A stretch of DNA of 64,000 nucleotides, taken from Raja brachyura. Taxonomy: Eukaryota. The stretch lies in the NCBI GenBank assembly GCA_963514005.1, contig OY740809.1, positions 31,930,001 to 31,994,000 of the forward strand, in the 5' to 3' direction. A model generated the notes under the pieces. It ran no database searches, had not been told where the DNA came from, and saw nothing but the letters and a program-made list of their open reading frames with translations. Made by a program: the position numbers and the translations under genes. Shown here one piece after another: positions 11,673 to 24,373 of the stretch. How positions within the stretch are numbered: position 1 is the stretch's first letter; each line of letters opens with the position of its first letter.

Positions 11673-12218
11673 AGGTCATGTTGCAGTTGTAAAAGATGTT
11701 GGTGAGGCCACATTTGAAGTACTGTATTCAATTTTTAAGGTGTTGTCAAGGTAGAAGGGATGCAGAGAAGTTTCACAAGGATGTTGCCATGACTTGAGGG
11801 CCTGAGCTATATGGAGAGGTTGACTCTATTCCTTGGAGTTCAGGAGGATGAGGGGCGATCTAATAGAGGTGCACAAAATCATGAGAGGAATAGATTGGGT
11901 AAACACGCAGAGTCTCTTGCCCAGAGTAGGGCAATCAGGGACCAGAGGACATAGGTTTAAGGTGAGGGGGTGAAAGATTTAATAAGAACCTAGGGGGGGT
12001 GACCTTTTCACACAAAGGGTGGTGGGTGTATGGGACGAACTGCCGGGGGAGGTAGTTGAGGCAGGTATTATCGCAACGTTTACAAAACATTTTGACAGGA
12101 CAGGTTTAGAGGGATATGGGCTAAATGCATGCAGGTGTTTAGTGTAGATGGGACATGTTGGCTGATGTGGGCAAGTTGGGCCGAAGGCCTGTTTCAATGC
12201 TGTAAGACTCTATGCTAT
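11673..12218 (+). mobile_element. CR1 3' fragment inserted into a tRNA-derived SINE (head ~11625-11672, body 12219-12490)
   Basis: 8 bp TSD gacctggg at 11665-11672 and 12219-12226. Confidence 0.8.
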
Positions 12219-12559
12219 GACCTGGGTTTGATCCTGACCTTGGGAGATGGCTGTGTGGCGTTTGCATGCTCTCCCTATGACCACTTGAGTTTCTTGCGGG
12301 TGTTCCGGTTTCCTCCCACATCCAAATGTGCTATGGATTTGTTGCTTAATTGGCCTCTGTAAGTTTACCCCTAGCTTGTGGAGATTGGATGTGAAAGTGG
12401 AATAATAAAGAACTAATTTGAACAGGTGATCAGTGGTAAGTTTGGTCTTGGTGGGCTGAAGGGCCTGTTTACATGCTCTACCTTTCAATCAAATAATGGC
12501 AGGATAATTTTTATTTGCTTTGCCTCTACAAATTTAACTTTTTGCAGGGAATTATGGTC

Positions 12560-12902
12560 TCATAGAAACATAGAAATTAGGTGCAGGAACAGGCCATTCG
12601 GCCCTTCGAGCCTGCACCGCCATTCAATATGATCATGGCTGATCATCCAACTCAGTATCCTGTACCTGCCTTCTCTCCATACCCTCTGATCCCCTTAGCC
12701 TCAAGGGCCACATCTAACTCCCTCTTAAATATATCCAATGAACTGGCCTCAACTACCCTCTGTGGCAGAGAATTCGAGAGACCCACCACTCTCTGTGTGA
12801 AAAAATTCCTTCTCATCTCGGTCCTAAAGGATTTCCCCCTTATCCTTAAGCTGTGACCCCTTGTCCTGGACGTCCCCAACATCGGGAACAATCTTCCTGC
12901 AA
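12560..12902 (-). mobile_element. CR1/HER1 LINE 3' end
   Basis: ORF 12652-12912 RTRGHSLRIRG...; near-identical to 8449-8785. Confidence 0.9.
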
Positions 12903-13129
12903 TTAATCTCAATTAATAGTGATTGAAAAGTGAGTTTTATTGATTGGTACATTTTTCTAAAATGAAATGGATCAATAGAATGTGATTATTGCAGTAATTT
13001 TAATTGAAATGTGCCAATTGCAAAGGTTGCAATACTTGTTTTGCTGTACATAGCCTCCAGGGAGAGTTGGCTCCTGCTACTATTCTCCACATTTTCTCAT
13101 GACCAAGCTGGTTGTTAACCAGAGCAATT

Positions 13130-13877
13130 CTCTACAGCATATAATCCTCCAACACTTTTCCCACCTCCAACAGGATCTCACTATTGGCCACACCTTCCCA
13201 TCTCCACCCCATTCTGCTTTCCGCAGAGACCATTCCCTCTACAATTTTCTGGTCAACTCATCTCTTCCCACCCAAACCCTCCCCAGGTTCATTCCCCTGC
13301 AACTGCCGGTCCCTTTACCTCCCCCCCCCCCCCCCCTCGACTCCATCCAAGGACCCTGACAGTCTTTTCAGGTGAGTTAGAGGTTCACCTGCACCCCCTC
13401 CAACCTCATCTACTGTATCTGCTGTTCCAGGTGTCATCTTCTGTACATCTGCGAGACCAAACGCAGCCTCGGCGATCGTTTTGCTGAACCTTACCCTACC
13501 TGATCTCCCGGTGGCTCAGCACTTTAACTCCCCCTCCCATTCCCAATCTGACCTTTCTGTCCTGGGCATCTTCCATTGTCAGAGTGAGGCCCAGCGCAAA
13601 TTTGAGGAACAGCATCTCATATTTCGCTTGGGTAGCTTACACCCCAGCTGTATGAACATTGACTTCTCGAACCTCAAATAGCCCTTGCTTTCCCTCTTTC
13701 TCCATCCCCTTCCCGGTTCTCCCACCGGTTGTTCTGTCTCTGACTACATTCTATCTCTGTCCCGCCCACTCCCCTGACATCAGTCTGAAGAAGTGTCTAG
13801 ACCTGAAATGTCACCCTTTCCTTCTCTCCAGAGATGCTGCCAGTCCCGCTGAGTTACTCCAGCATTTTGTGTCTACC
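13130..13877 (+). mobile_element. Degenerate Penelope-like fragment
   Basis: Frameshifted homology to the GIY-YIG region (PDLPVAQHFNSPSHSQSDL) and a decayed hammerhead-like tail at ~13782. Confidence 0.85.
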
Positions 13878-13882
13878 TAGAG

Positions 13883-14076
13883 CAAGGATTCCCAACCTGG
13901 GGTAAATTTACCCTCAGGGTGTAACTTTGTTGATTCTGGATTTGTACATATTTTTTCTCATTGACTGACTATTTGGTTTTGGCATCATTAGTTATTTATA
14001 AATAAGTGAAATAACATTGTTATGTGCTCTTAACGTTGCCTGGGGTAACCGGGACGAAAAAGGTTGGGAACCCCCG
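13883..14076. mobile_element. hAT (Charlie-like) MITE, 194 bp; a second, split and inverted copy lies at 55456-56011
   Basis: Terminal inverted repeats (TIRs) caaggattcccaacct / aggttgggaacccccg; 8 bp TSD acctagag/acctagtg with central CTAG. Confidence 0.8.
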
Positions 14077-14711
14077 ACCTAGTGCAATTCTCTAGTTTCA
14101 GTCATTAACCCATGTCAAAAACAGAAACTGAATGAGCGATGGTTGTTTCTGTGCCGGACCCATTTTAGAATAGATTAAGTTGCAGCAAGGGGAAGTGGAG
14201 AAAACAGAGGGGACACCTGTGATGGGCTCCCTTCAAAATTGTCACGGTAACAGTTGCTTCTAAAAATCAGCAATTGGAGCAAAATGATAGAACTAATTTG
14301 GTACAGCCACATCTGTTGGACAGTCGGGAAAAAATAGAGAAACAATTGTTGAAATGAATATTAAATTCCAAGCATTGTAACTTGCCCATTGATAGATGAG
14401 ATGTTGTTACTTGAGCTTTTGTTGGGGCAGTGTGGGAGGTTGAAGACCGAGGTTGTGGGAGTAGGATGGAGAATTACAGTGACAGTGACTGGGAGCTCGG
14501 GATATCCTTCACAGAGTGAATGAAGGTATCCTGCAAAGCGATCACCCCATCTATACTTGGACCCTTTGAAACAGTTTAATTTGGAAATTTGTTGAGAGGT
14601 TTCCATTTTCCCATGGCCTATGCAAAATGGGGGACATGGTGATGGTAGTTACCCAGGAGTAGATAGAATTACTGATCATTTTGTCTTTTGATTTTCTTGC
14701 CAATCGTATAG

Positions 14712-14841
14712 GGACCCCCAAGAACCTCGAGTCTTCAAGCTCCCATAATGCTTTTAACGGGCCATGAGGGAGAAGTTTATTGTTGTAAATTTCACCCCAA
14801 TGGATCAACACTGGCATCTGCAGGATTTGATCGACTCATAT
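14712..14841 (+). CDS. SNRNP40: SNRNP40 exon 2 (GPPRTSSLQAPIMLLTGHEGEVYCCKFHPNGSTLASAGFDRLI)
   Basis: ag/gt boundaries, 130 nt, WD40 GH motif, near-identical to the recalled vertebrate protein. Confidence 0.97.
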
Positions 14842-16505
14842 GTAAGTGAGAGCAATTATTTACTTGCATTTCTGTTTTTAACTGTTTTCTATCATTACGA
14901 ACCACAGTATTTGGTAGGTGTAACTGTGATTTATTTGTTTGAAACTACAGGACTTATTGTTTCATTAATGGTGATGCATTTTTTTTTGTTCCACTACATC
15001 AATTGTAAACAAAGTTTAAATTCTGTACTTTGGTGTAATTAAACGGTGCAAGTACAAGGTGTTTGAATCCAAGGATCATTATAGTACCTTCATAATGGGT
15101 GAAATAATGCAAATGGTGGTGGAAGAAAGTGATGGGAGCTTTAGTATGTTTATTGCCCAAAATGTAACCGTTAATGGAATGTTGGCCATTCCCAATAAAA
15201 TTGGAATTCAACTATAAGAAAATGAGCCGAAGGGTTTAGAGCATCTTCATCTTAATCCACAGAGAATCGATCCACCAATTCCCGCTATGATAACAGTATT
15301 CAATGTTACAAATCTAGCAAATGGTTTTAAGAGATTCATAAATTTCTACTCACTTGTGGTTTAAATATACTCTAGTCAAGATGCTTAAAATGATAATCGA
15401 TTTGATAAGTGGTTACATAAAGATCTATACTCTCAAAGTAAACCAGAATTGCAAGATTTTAAAATTAGCTAGTTAACGGGAAAGCATTTTTTCTGCAGAA
15501 AATGAGCAGAAATCCATGATGTCCTCTCAAATAGATCATAAAGTCATGTAATAAGAGCAGAATTAGGCCATTTTGCCCGTCAAGCCCAAATCGCCATTCA
15601 ATCATGGCTGATCTATCTCTCCCTCCTAACCCCATTCTTCTGCTGTCTCATAACCCCTGTTGATGGTGTGTTTATTGATATATGGGTCAAAGATGGGTAA
15701 ATGGATTGAGGCATGAATCAGCGATGAACTAATATGTTGGCATGATATTTGTGAGGGGAAAATGTTAATCGTCTTGTGTGAATGTTAAAAACACCCATTG
15801 GAGCAAATGTAGGGCTTTGCTTGTGGCTTTATGTATCTGGTGACATTGAGCTGTGTAACATAAGAATGCATTATTGGTTGTATGGTGACTAGTTTTAGCT
15901 GATAAATTGTGACTTTCATTAAAGCTGGTTTGCGAACACCCTGAGTGTATTTGAAATAAATCAGCAAAACGTCCGCATGGCAACATTCTAATCATTCCGT
16001 TTGAAACACAAGGCAAATTTGAAGCTTTTAAAATGATCTTCTGTCAGAATGTCAGATATATAATGCATCCCTGCACCTTGCTGCGGTGGCTACCATCAGA
16101 GTAGGTAACCGTAGATCAATCTGCTTGCAAAATCAAGAAACAGCTCACAACAAAGGCTAGGACCTCAACAATATCCTGGCTGTGCTGTTGCAGATTCAGA
16201 ACCAGCTTTGCCACTTGCCAAAACACTGCCATCTACTCCACAAATGTAGAGAAGTTTCTGATTGGTGGAGCCCGATAGTGGTACTTGGGGGAGGGTATTT
16301 CTGGGGGTCATGCAGTGAGGTGGGTAGAATTGAGAATTAAGGAGGGGGAGATCACAGATGGAATTTTACAATTGACCCTTTTACCAGTGGAAGTTACAGG
16401 AGGAAATATGTAAGGAAATTGCACACAGCTGCAAGAATAGTGAGGTGATTGATAACTGTGGGGTATTTTAGCTGCAGATATATGAAGGAACACAGTAAAG
16501 CATAA

Positions 16506-16725
16506 TGTTTAAGAAAGATCTGCAGATGCTGGAAATTACGAAGGTGGACAAAAATGCTGGAGAAACTCAGCGGGTGAGGCAGCATCTATGGAGCGAAGGA
16601 ATAGGTGACGCTTCTGGTCGAGACTGAAGTCTGAGTCTGAAGATGCGTCTTGACCAGAAACGTCACTTATTCCTTCGCTCCATAGATGCTGCCTCATCCG
16701 CTGAGTTTCTCCAGCATTTTTGTCT
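16506..16725. mobile_element. Palindromic head-to-head pair of Penelope tails inserted as one unit
   Basis: 14 bp TSD acagtaaagcataa (16492-16505, 16726-16739); arms are reverse complements. Confidence 0.85.
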
Positions 16726-17183
16726 ACAGTAAAGCATAAGGCCATTTGGTCTAATGGCATTATGCAGATGTTTTGACCCTGTGAACTTTTAAATTTATTT
16801 TTTTTTCTCTGAGAATGCTGCTCTACTGAATGATTTTCTGCTAGTTTATGTTGAAGTTTGTATGAATTATCTTGCTTTAGATTTATGCTGTTTGCAGGTG
16901 GCTGAAAGCTCCTGTAAAATGCAGTGTGCTGGAGGAACTCATTGGGTCATGTAGCATCTGTGAAGGGAATGGATAGATTCCAATTGGTCTGAAGAAGGGT
17001 CCTACATCTATCCTTTCCCTGCACAGATGCTGCCTGAATCGCTGTGTTTGTCCAGCATTTTGTGTTTTGCTCAAGATTCCAGCATCTGCAATTTTTTCTG
17101 TGGCTAAAAGTTGTTGTTATTTTGGAAAGTTCAGAAAGGCCATGTAGCTTGAACCTTCATATATTGTCTCTTGCTCCTTTTAG

Positions 17184-17277
17184 TATTTTGGAATGTATAT
17201 GGCGACTGCGATAATTATGCTACATTGAAAGGTCACAGTGGAGCAGTGATGGAATTACATTATAACACAGATGGCAG
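17184..17277 (+). CDS. SNRNP40: SNRNP40 exon 3 (LFWNVYGDCDNYATLKGHSGAVMELHYNTDGS)
   Basis: ag/gt boundaries, 94 nt, phases consistent. Confidence 0.97.
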
Positions 17278-17864
17278 GTACTATAATATTATACTTGTCG
17301 TAATTCCGAGGCCTGGTTTATTTATTGATTAAAACTGTTCTTTATCAACATGTATTGTAGTCTAATTTTCCGGTCCAGTGAAACTGTTCATTCAAAGCTG
17401 CAGCAAATTATAAAGAGATTGATTCAAAATCTTCAAAACTGCTCATTTTTATTTCATCACAAAACAAAAGCGCCATTCAACAAGCTTGCCTCTCCCTATT
17501 CTTGCTTTGGTGATTTCACCATCTCATGAATCTCAAAATTATGGAACTACTTCACTGCTTTCTCTTTGTATGGTTTTAAATTTGGCGTCAAACTGCTTTA
17601 GTTTATTATGGTCATCGAGCACAGAACCGGGTCCATGTTGACCATCAGGCAATCATTTTCACTAATCCTATGCTGATTCTTTTTTATTTTTGCTCAACGC
17701 AAGGCATTGAGCAGGAATTGTAAATGAACAAAAATATCTGAAAAATTAACTGAATTTCATAAAATAAAGTGCAGTTCTATTAATAAAATTATATACGTTC
17801 CCACCTTCATCTACTTCTGTTAGCCGACTGTTCATCGATTTACTTTGATTTGTTTTATTCTCAG

Positions 17865-18030
17865 CATGCTTTTTTCAGCATCAACAGACAAAACTGTAGC
17901 AGTGTGGGACAGTGAAACGGGTGAAAGAATAAAGAGACTGAAAGGTCACACATCCTTTGTGAATTCATGTTATCCAGCCAGACGGGGACCACAGTTGGTC
18001 TGTACAGGAAGCGACGACGGAACAGTGAAG
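17865..18030 (+). CDS. SNRNP40: SNRNP40 exon 4 (MLFSASTDKTVAVWDSETGERIKRLKGHTSFVNSCYPARRGPQLVCTGSDDGTVK)
   Basis: ORF 17845-18060; ag/gt boundaries, 166 nt. Confidence 0.98.
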
Positions 18031-18773
18031 GTGATCGAAATTAAACATCAGATTTTCTGATCCTCCGGTTTACTGAAACCAGTAAAAGCTAGAAGAATTT
18101 GTTCACAAGTTCAAAGGGACTAAAAGATACTAGCACAAAAGAAGTATAATCTACATTTATGTCTGAATATTTGAGCCCTGCCGATGATTGGAGTTTATCT
18201 AATGAACACAAATTGGACAGGCTGTATACGGCCCAGATTTTTGCCTTGGGACTGCTGAATTTTCATATTTTAATTATAAATGCAGTTCTATGTTATCATT
18301 AACTCAAGTGAAAGGATGAAGGTGCAAGGGGATTGCTGTAATTTCCACTTCCGATGGTTGTTGATTTATTCCTTGTTAGAAAGTGTGCATTGGGTAAGAA
18401 TGTGATCTGTGTGGATATCGTGCCTTATCCCATTGACAGCCAGAGTCTGGTTTTGCACATCAGGAATTGCCATTTGAACAAGCATCAGAAGATTATTGAC
18501 AACAATGGAACTGTAGTCTTAAAAAGTGTTAACTATCCAAAAAAAAAGAAAGATATGAAAGATATATTGTCTGGACTACATACTTGCAAGCTGTAATTGC
18601 TAAAATGTGTGAAAGGTGATGTTAAAGGAAGGTTATTTTTTAATAACAAATTGTTTCGCATTCTGAAGGTCTTTCTCTTTTGCCCTTTACAGTTTATCCT
18701 TCACCTTGCTTACTACTTTTGTAATCCAAAATATATGGCAACAGCTAAATTGTATTTATTTTTCTGAACCCAG

Positions 18774-18896
18774 CTATGGGACATTCGGAAGAAGGCTGCA
18801 ATCCATACGTTTCAAAACACGTACCAAGTACTAGCCGCGACATTTAACGACACAAGCGATCAGATTATCTCTGGTGGTATTGATAACGACATTAAG
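18774..18896 (+). CDS. SNRNP40: SNRNP40 exon 5 (LWDIRKKAAIHTFQNTYQVLAATFNDTSDQIISGGIDNDIK)
   Basis: ag/gt boundaries, 123 nt. Confidence 0.97.
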
Positions 18897-21680
18897 GTAA
18901 GATGCACTTTGAAGTGAATCATTTATTTGCAGGAATATAACACTGAAATCATAATTTTAAAGTATTTTAAAAAAAGCAAAAGCTGATTTAAAAAAAAAAA
19001 ATCCCTGGCAGAATTTTCTAGCTATTGCTCTTTTTCATATTGTGACCTTGTATTTCCATCATTTTCATTTTGGATTGAACACTGATGTGGTTTGATTTTG
19101 TGTTTAATAATCAGGTTTTTATAGCAATAGGTCAAATGATTTGGAACCGACAAAATATTTTGTGCGCTTGAAATTTTGTAGATGCTGCAGACGATTCTCC
19201 AAAGAGTATCAGTTTAGTTCCATTTCTAACTAGCTGAATGATCTTCCAACATTCTGCTTCACACATAGCATAGTGGTATTATCAAGACCTGTTGTGCAGC
19301 TTTTGATGCTCTGGTAGAAAACCCATGGGTGTTTTCGTGAAAGGCTCTTGTTCTAGTGGATTGTTTATTCCTCAAAGAAAATTTCCGATACCTCATCTCA
19401 ATGCCCATGTTATTTTAATAGAAGACTATGCTGTATTGTGGGCCACAGCTAATTCTTAACCTGTTGTTGTCCAGCTTGTTTTTAGTAGGGGTTAGTTGGA
19501 GGGTGCTAGGATGGGAAGATTGCTGAACTTCACCTGGGTTAGCTAGTGTCTTGAATTTCTGTGTTTCATTCGGTTTCATATTCTACGTATATTTTGAAGT
19601 TCGTAGATTTATACCCAGCAACTCTGAAGGAATGACAATATATTTACGTCAGAATGTTGTGTAACTTGTTGGAGAATCTGGAGATGGTGTTGATTCCATG
19701 TCCCTGAAGCTATTGTTCTAGCTGGTAGAAAGGGCAGGTTTGGAAGGTGATCTTGGAGTCGCGAGGACAAGTCACGGCATTGCATTTTGTTGATTATATA
19801 TCCTCTGGTGACTGATATCTGGCAGTGGAAGGAGTGGATTTTAATGGCGTGCGCAGGATCGCAAACACAGAGTCTGCCTCATCCAGGATAGTTTTGAGAT
19901 TGAGTGCAGCAGGAGCTCCACGCCTCCCTGGCATTGATTTGTGTTTGCAGATGGATGGATATTTGGGTGTGAGGAGGTAAGTCACTTGCTCTTGTCTCTG
20001 GTCTTTCCTTGTGCTGGTTCAGTTTCGGGGATTGTTTGGCTAAATGTGTGGCCAGTCTGGAGCAAGATTGTTGGTCCTTCAGCCAGTATATTGACTGGTC
20101 CCATGGCCTGTGCTGGATTCAATGCATTAGCTATTTCTTAATGTCATGTGGCATGAATGGAATTAACCAAAGACTGGCTTCTCTGATGGTGATGTTAGAA
20201 GGAAGCCAATATGCACCATGCATTTTTGACCTAACATGGTTGCAAATGCTTCCACTGTATTTTTGGCCTTCACATGTCAATGGAGCTGCTGCCTCCAGAT
20301 AATAGTTTATTTGTCCACTATTCACAATGAAACATGGTAGGATTTAATGCAATGCTTGTAAGATTAGTCTGTTTTGCCGATTGCACTCTGCTTTTATTGT
20401 TTAGCGTGCGTGTAGTTCTATATTGCCACTTCAGATTTGCACCTCAATTTTACTTTGCAGCTTGCCCTTCACAATCTTAATTGAACCATGGTTATTGCTC
20501 TTGGCCGAATGGTTATGGTCGAGAGTGAGAGATATGCTGGGCCATATTGTGGTGCTGTACATTGCTGCTGCTCATGGTTAGCAGCACCCCACAGAGTCCA
20601 GCTTTGAGCTACTGTATCTTTTCGGATTGTATTGGAGAGCTTCCAGAAGTCACTGTCATCTGCAGACTAAATTTGATATTCTTTAGAATTTAGTCACTGG
20701 CAGTGCTGCCTATTCACTCCTAGTGATTGACAAAATATCCTGCTCCAAATTGTTAAACAACATCCTGTGTGCATTCAGTGGCAATGAGCAAGATTGAACT
20801 CTATATGCCCCTTCTCATTGCACTCTCAAGATATCAAAGCTGCAATCCATGAAATGTCCTACATGCACTCCATGCCAATTGGAATGGGAGAACATTGATT
20901 GAAGGGAAAAACATTACCGTATCATGAAGAAGGGTCTCGACCCGAAACTTCGCCCATTTCTTCTCTCCAGAGATGCTGCCTGTACCGCTGAGTTACTCCA
21001 GCGTTTTGTGTCTACCTTCGATTCAAACCATCATCTGCTGTTCTTTCCTACAAACCGTATCGTGCACAAACCGTATCATGTTTCTGAACATGGTTTATCC
21101 TCTGGTTTGGCATCTTGTACATTTGGAATCGAAGGCCAAGTGCAAAGATTGTCATCTTGTCTTTTCTGTCTTCATTTTGTTTACCGAAGCTGTTAAACGG
21201 AAATAAGTCAAATGTGAAACTATCGCAGAAGTGGATTTTGTATTTGAACACCTTAAGAGGATCACGATCGAATCTATTTTATATGGAATGCTGTGTGTAT
21301 GCATTGTACATTGAATAAAACTCTTGAAAAACAAGTCAGAACCCTTGCCAAAAATAGGAAACCTAGACATGAATTGATCATATCGATTAACTATCACAAC
21401 TCAATATGTTGAAACAGTTGATCCCAAAATTATTTTTTAAAAAGCTACGCTGCATTTGTAGGAAGATTTCCATACTCTGATACATGATGCAGAATCTAGA
21501 GTATAAATGCAAAATGCTTGTGATTTTATAACTCGTGGCATTGTTTGCTTTGCAGTAAACACCAGCAATAAAATAAATCTGTTATTGTAGATTTAGTGAC
21601 TTTCTTAAATATTGCAATGATTGATTACCTACTGATTTCAATTTAGGTTTGGGAACTAAATTATCTACTTTTCAATTTAG

Positions 21681-21801
21681 GTTTGGGACCTCCGACAAAA
21701 CAAATTAATCTATACCATGCGTGGTCATACAGACTCGGTGACTGGCTTGGCTCTAAGTGGTGATGGCTCTTATCTTCTTTCTAATTCTATGGACAATACA
21801 G
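21681..21801 (+). CDS. SNRNP40: SNRNP40 exon 6 (VWDLRQNKLIYTMRGHTDSVTGLALSGDGSYLLSNSMDNT)
   Basis: ag/gt boundaries, 121 nt. Confidence 0.97.
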
Positions 21802-21939
21802 GTAAGAAAATGTCTTTCAAAAGAAGAATATTTACCTGTTTGATTCAGTAACCTTGAGGTCATGAGTTGATAAAAGTCCTGTGACTTTTTGGAAATCTTG
21901 TATAAAAGGTTGCTGTTTGCATAGTTTTCAATAGGTTAT

Positions 21940-22320
21940 CACATCCAGTTCTCTGGGGTGGAACCCTCTCCAAGACTGACGTGAAGCTCACCGGTTGACC
22001 TGTTTTTACAAAATGTTAAATGGTCAGCTAGACATAGATCACAAGACCTACGCCAACCCCAAACCAATTAGGAGCAGACGAGGGCATTCGATCCAATTTG
22101 TGGTCCCAGCCACAAATGCAGATGTGTACAGCAATTCATTCTTCCCACGCACTATTAAAGCATGGAATAATCTTTACCAAACCACGGTTGCCCAGCCAGA
22201 TGCAACTAGATTTAAAGTGGCACTTTCTTCCCAATAACCCTCTCTGGCTTAACCCCTCCCTTCACCACCTCCAGTTTAAATTCCAGTTGGAATATTTTGG
22301 ACGACTAAGTAACCAAGAAC
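21940..22320 (+). mobile_element. LINE 3' end of the CR1/L2 supergroup (Crack/Daphne-like), with (AACCAAG)n tail; second copy at 42995-43324
   Basis: SRRGHSIQF...YSNSFFPRTIKAWNNL C-terminal motif in both copies. Confidence 0.75.
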
Positions 22321-23053
22321 TCATGAAATCCCACAAATGGCAAGTCATTAAATGTTGCAGCCCAGATGGCGGGCATTGTGTCTGTGCCAGTTCCTTGTTG
22401 AAACAATTTGGCTCAACTGTTCTTCCCCATTTCCCATTCATGTTCCAGCTTCCCTCCATTTTGAATATTACTGATGAACTTGCTTTCGCAGTGCTTTAAG
22501 ACACAGCTTTCCAAATAATTGATGAAAACTCAACGTCCCCTCGTCAAATTATTTGGGTTATAAACTGACATCTTGGAATAGTACTGGAATCTAGAATCGC
22601 CTCCGTCCCAGCGAAAATGACACGTTAATTTGGTCAAATGTCATCTGCTTAATGTTTGCCCACTGAATGTGTGCTAATAGTAGCCAACCAGTTTCAAAAT
22701 AACTAACTGCTTGGATCCAAAATCGTGCCTGCAAATTGGTGTCCTAGCAGAATATGAAACATTGGGAACATTATGCCATCATATCTTTCCATTCTGTTTG
22801 TGGTGCAACCACACCGCTACTCAAATTGCCAGAGTTCCCAAAATAGGGGAAGGTGAACAAAGTCAACCTGCCTTGGGTTTAGTTTTTACCTTTTTGGTGT
22901 TATGTTTTGGTAAATGAATGAAGATTGAAGCGAGCCAAACAATAAACTGGTAGGTGAGGTCGCTGGGAATCTTTATTGCTTATGCTGCATTTTTATTAAA
23001 AATTACTTTTGAATAAAGCAAAAGTAGATTGCAAACTATGATTTGATTTACAG

Positions 23054-23136
23054 TGCGAGTCTGGGATGTGAGACCATTCGCTCCAAAAGAGAGATGTGTA
23101 AAAATATTCCAAGGCAATGTGCACAACTTTGAAAAG
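23054..23136 (+). CDS. SNRNP40: SNRNP40 exon 7 (VRVWDVRPFAPKERCVKIFQGNVHNFEK)
   Basis: ag/gt boundaries, 83 nt. Confidence 0.97.
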
Positions 23137-23306
23137 GTATGTGTCTTTATTTTCAATTGACTGCGTTAGCATTGTCAATCAAAACTAACGTAATGGCACC
23201 ACTGTACTTTGAGAACATGAAGCAGGAATTTCATCTATATTTTGGAATTTGTAACACGATGATTGGATTTATTTTCGCTGAGAACGGAAAACTAAATTGA
23301 AACAAC

Positions 23307-23612
23307 AGGGTGGCGCAGCGATGCGATAGAGTTGCTGCCTTACAGTGCAATGCCTTACATAGATCCGGGTTGATCCTGACTACGGGTGCTTGTCTGCACA
23401 GAGTTTGTACATCCTTCCCATGACCTGCCTGGGCTTTCTCCGAGAGCTCTAGTTTCCTCCCACACTCCAAAGACATACAGGTTTGTAGGCTAATTGGCGT
23501 GGTGAAAATTGTGAATTGTCCCAAGCGTATGTATGATAGTGTTAGTGTGTGGGGATCGCTGGTCGGGGTGGACTCGTTGGGCTAAAGGGTTATCTAATAA
23601 ACTAAACTAAAC
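23307..23612 (+). mobile_element. tRNA-derived SINE (HE1/V-SINE-like)
   Basis: Pol III A box TGGCGCAGCG, B box-like GTTGATCC, conserved core ggtttcctcccacactccaaagac, (CTAAA)n tail. Confidence 0.85.
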
Positions 23613-23867
23613 AAACACTTTTAATTATTATTCTGATTTTGATTATCATAGCTGGTTACATTCAAAGCTTAATGATTTCTGATTTGATAATATAAACAAG
23701 TGCTGTAGATCATGGATTATGTTGTTGTATAATATTAATATTTGGAATCAGTTGCTCTGTGAATTATTGGTCAACTGAGGAGAAAACATTTAGTTTGCAA
23801 GTCAGAATACGTCTGTTTTGAAATGAATGCTCCAATGTCAAATATGACGACATGCAATCTCTTTTAG

Positions 23868-23929
23868 AACCTCTTGAGATGTTCATGGTCAACTGATGGA
23901 AGCAAAATAGCAGCTGGATCTGCAGACAG
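23868..23929 (+). CDS. SNRNP40: SNRNP40 exon 8 (NLLRCSWSTDGSKIAAGSADR)
   Basis: ag/gt boundaries, 62 nt. Confidence 0.97.
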
Positions 23930-24269
23930 GTAAATATTAACTCTTATCAGACCTTGGGCTATATGTATTATCTTTAAATCTATAATTTCCCCGATAACTG
24001 AACTGTGTTTCAAATATCCTTGTAATGTCAAGAATAAAGAGTGATGGAAATCATTTAAATTTAATTTGTGAAGTAATAGGAAATTTTAATTAAATTCACC
24101 GCAACAATATTTTGCTTAACAGTGCATAACCGCTTATGGTGAAAATCAGCAGGTTCCAAAATTCTGACTGAATTAAATAATCTTTGTAAATTAAAGCTGT
24201 TGAAAATTGGGGGGGGGGGGGAAGATTATTAAACCCATCAGCAGTGAATGTTGACATTATTCCTTTTAG

Positions 24270-24373
24270 GTTTGTGTATGTCTGGGATACAACATCACGA
24301 AGAATTCTGTATAAGTTACCAGGACATGCAGGCTCAGTGAATGAGGTGGCATTTCATCCTGAAGAACCGATCA
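24270..24373 (+). CDS. SNRNP40: SNRNP40 exon 9 (FVYVWDTTSRRILYKLPGHAGSVNEVAFHPEEPI)
   Basis: ORF 24244-24492; ag/gt boundaries, 104 nt. Confidence 0.98.
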
